64,000 nucleotides of DNA from Lepidodermella squamata (lineage: Eukaryota; Animalia; Gastrotricha): positions 3,534,001 through 3,598,000 of the forward strand of contig JBLDXI010000009.1 of NCBI GenBank assembly GCA_047495785.1, in the 5' to 3' direction. The translations under genes and the position numbers were made by a program. This document shows, in pieces, positions 62,273 through 64,000 of this stretch; position 1 is the first letter of the stretch, and each line of letters begins with the position of its first letter. The notes below the pieces were generated by a model. That model did not search any database and was not told the DNA's origin. It saw nothing but the letters and a program-made list of their open reading frames with translations.

Positions 62273-64000
62273 AGTGAAAGGCTAGCGAAGGTGGCACGCA
62301 TAATTTATAATTCGTTAATTTACTACAGCTAATTAAATAAAAATCATCGATTCATTGCATGCAATTTCATGCATAAAAACAAACTTTTTGAAAATGAAAT
62401 GTGTCGTGGCGTGCATTCAGAACCGCCGTAAAGCTAAGTCACGTACAATCACCCTTTTGAAGTCGTGAAACCAGGCCATAAATCTGCCATCACGGATTAT
62501 CAGGCACCCCTCTGACCAACCACGGTATGTTAGGAGGGGATAATATCCAGCGATATTATACCCCCTATTTTAGCCTGCGTGATGATCCGCGTGTTATTTC
62601 GTATTTCTATTTTGTGACACATTTCTGATTATACTGGAGAAAAGAGTGTGATTAGCTGGAAAAAGTACTAGCTGAAACGAAAAGGGTTTGCAGAGGAAAA
62701 GAGTAATTTACTGAGAAAAGTATGATCCAAAAATGAAACAAAAACCAGGGGGTCATTTTTTTTACCCCAACCGCGTAACCCCAAATGACGGTAAGTATAG
62801 ATTTCCTGCATTTCTCTTATTAATCGAACAAAATCAGTTGCAGGGCTTATAAATCATAAATTGTAAATCTCGAAGAGGACTTTTGAGTCGGGGATAACAA
62901 CATTTTCTTGCAAAACTTGGTGTTTCAAATCATGGTGGTCCAAGTGAGGAGAATTTTAGACAATGCGTATATTAAGTAGTAGCATACAAGAATAATAATT
63001 ATTATTTGTCTATGATAAGTAGACAAAAAATTAGACTCTTAGTGTAAAAATAGAAAAATAATTCCGTACCATCTACTCAAAAATGGAAAGCGCAAGATTG
63101 CCTTGAGAAAATGTCTGCGCGATAGGAAAACCATCGCCCTTGGCGGGATATTACAATAATTTACAAAAATTGAAAAAATTACCGTCTGGCATCGTAAAAG
63201 AAGGTCGTTATTACTGCTAACTTTCAAGGTCCTTAGTCATTTGCGTGCGTTGTCTCGTGTAATAAAAGGCGCATTTTTTGCATAAATTACTATATTGCAG
63301 TTATACTAGGTATATCAATGCGGCCAATGCGCGCATGCTATAACCAGCAGTTGCGCAGTGACGATATTCTCGGCAGGCGTCAGGCGGCGTTTTGATATCA
63401 TTACCCCCGAAATAAATAATGAAAGATTTTCGCTGGCTGGCAGGCAAAAGCTCACGAGCCGTAAAACGAGACGCACTGAGCTCGAAAAAGGCGTTACGCT
63501 GCTAGAATTGCCACTGTAATAAACTAACAGTGGCTTTTGTTGGTCAGAAAGCAACACTTCATGCGTTAGTGCTCGGTTCACTCACACCTGGGTACCTGCA
63601 ACTCATTTGCTACGCATTTCATAATCGAAAAAGGAATGCGTTACTGAAACAAAAAAATACCGGCTTCTCAGAGCAGTAAATTTATTTCCGAAAACGACGT
63701 ATTTTCAAGACGTTTCACCCGGAAACGAGCACATCATTATGTCAAAAATATAAAGAAATATTTAAAAACAAAACTTGGATACCGACACAAAAAACTTGCG
63801 CCATGTAGTGGAAGAGAGACACAGTTCGCACTACCTGAACAATAAACATTACCGATTTACATAATTTTAATTATTCCGAAGATAAGATTTATATCATTAA
63901 GATGTAGTAGTGGAGTAGAGTTAATCTGCATGCATGTGGTCATCGGGGACATCGCGGGAGTACGGAGGAGGTGCGTGGGGAGGGTGGTCTGGAGCGGAGG

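Noticed and set aside
1-64000. CRISPR arrays, prokaryotic operons or defence systems
   Set aside because: The sequence is intron-containing animal DNA; no repeat-spacer arrays or prokaryotic genes were seen.

Overview
This window is eukaryotic: a compact, gene-dense animal genome with many ~45-70 nt GT-AG introns, probably a spiralian invertebrate given the spiralian-type allatotropin motif. Spliced genes reconstructed by hand: FTSJ1/TRM7 (3' end), cytosolic AspRS, KANSL1, MRPL32, WDR37, a Kir channel, an orphan gene, a trachealess/NPAS-like bHLH-PAS factor, an allatotropin-like neuropeptide precursor, RCC1L, COQ2, an alpha-1,3-fucosyltransferase, an unusually long eIF4B, cullin-1, a ces-2/PAR-type bZIP and a ZnT zinc transporter. 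Main highlights: (1) all of COQ2 lies on the SAME strand inside the last intron of RCC1L, in frame with it, with no clearly independent start or poly(A) site; (2) a non-coding spliced host gene carries two intronic box C/D snoRNAs (U24-like and snR52/SNORD83-like) and ends ~90 nt before the AspRS start; (3) several genes show operon-like spacing suggestive of trans-splicing; (4) two non-autonomous inverted-repeat elements are present, one enclosing a LINE fragment; (5) a perfect 32-bp intronic hairpin and a homotypic PAR-bZIP site cluster upstream of the PAR-bZIP gene. All exon boundaries are manual predictions with no transcript evidence.
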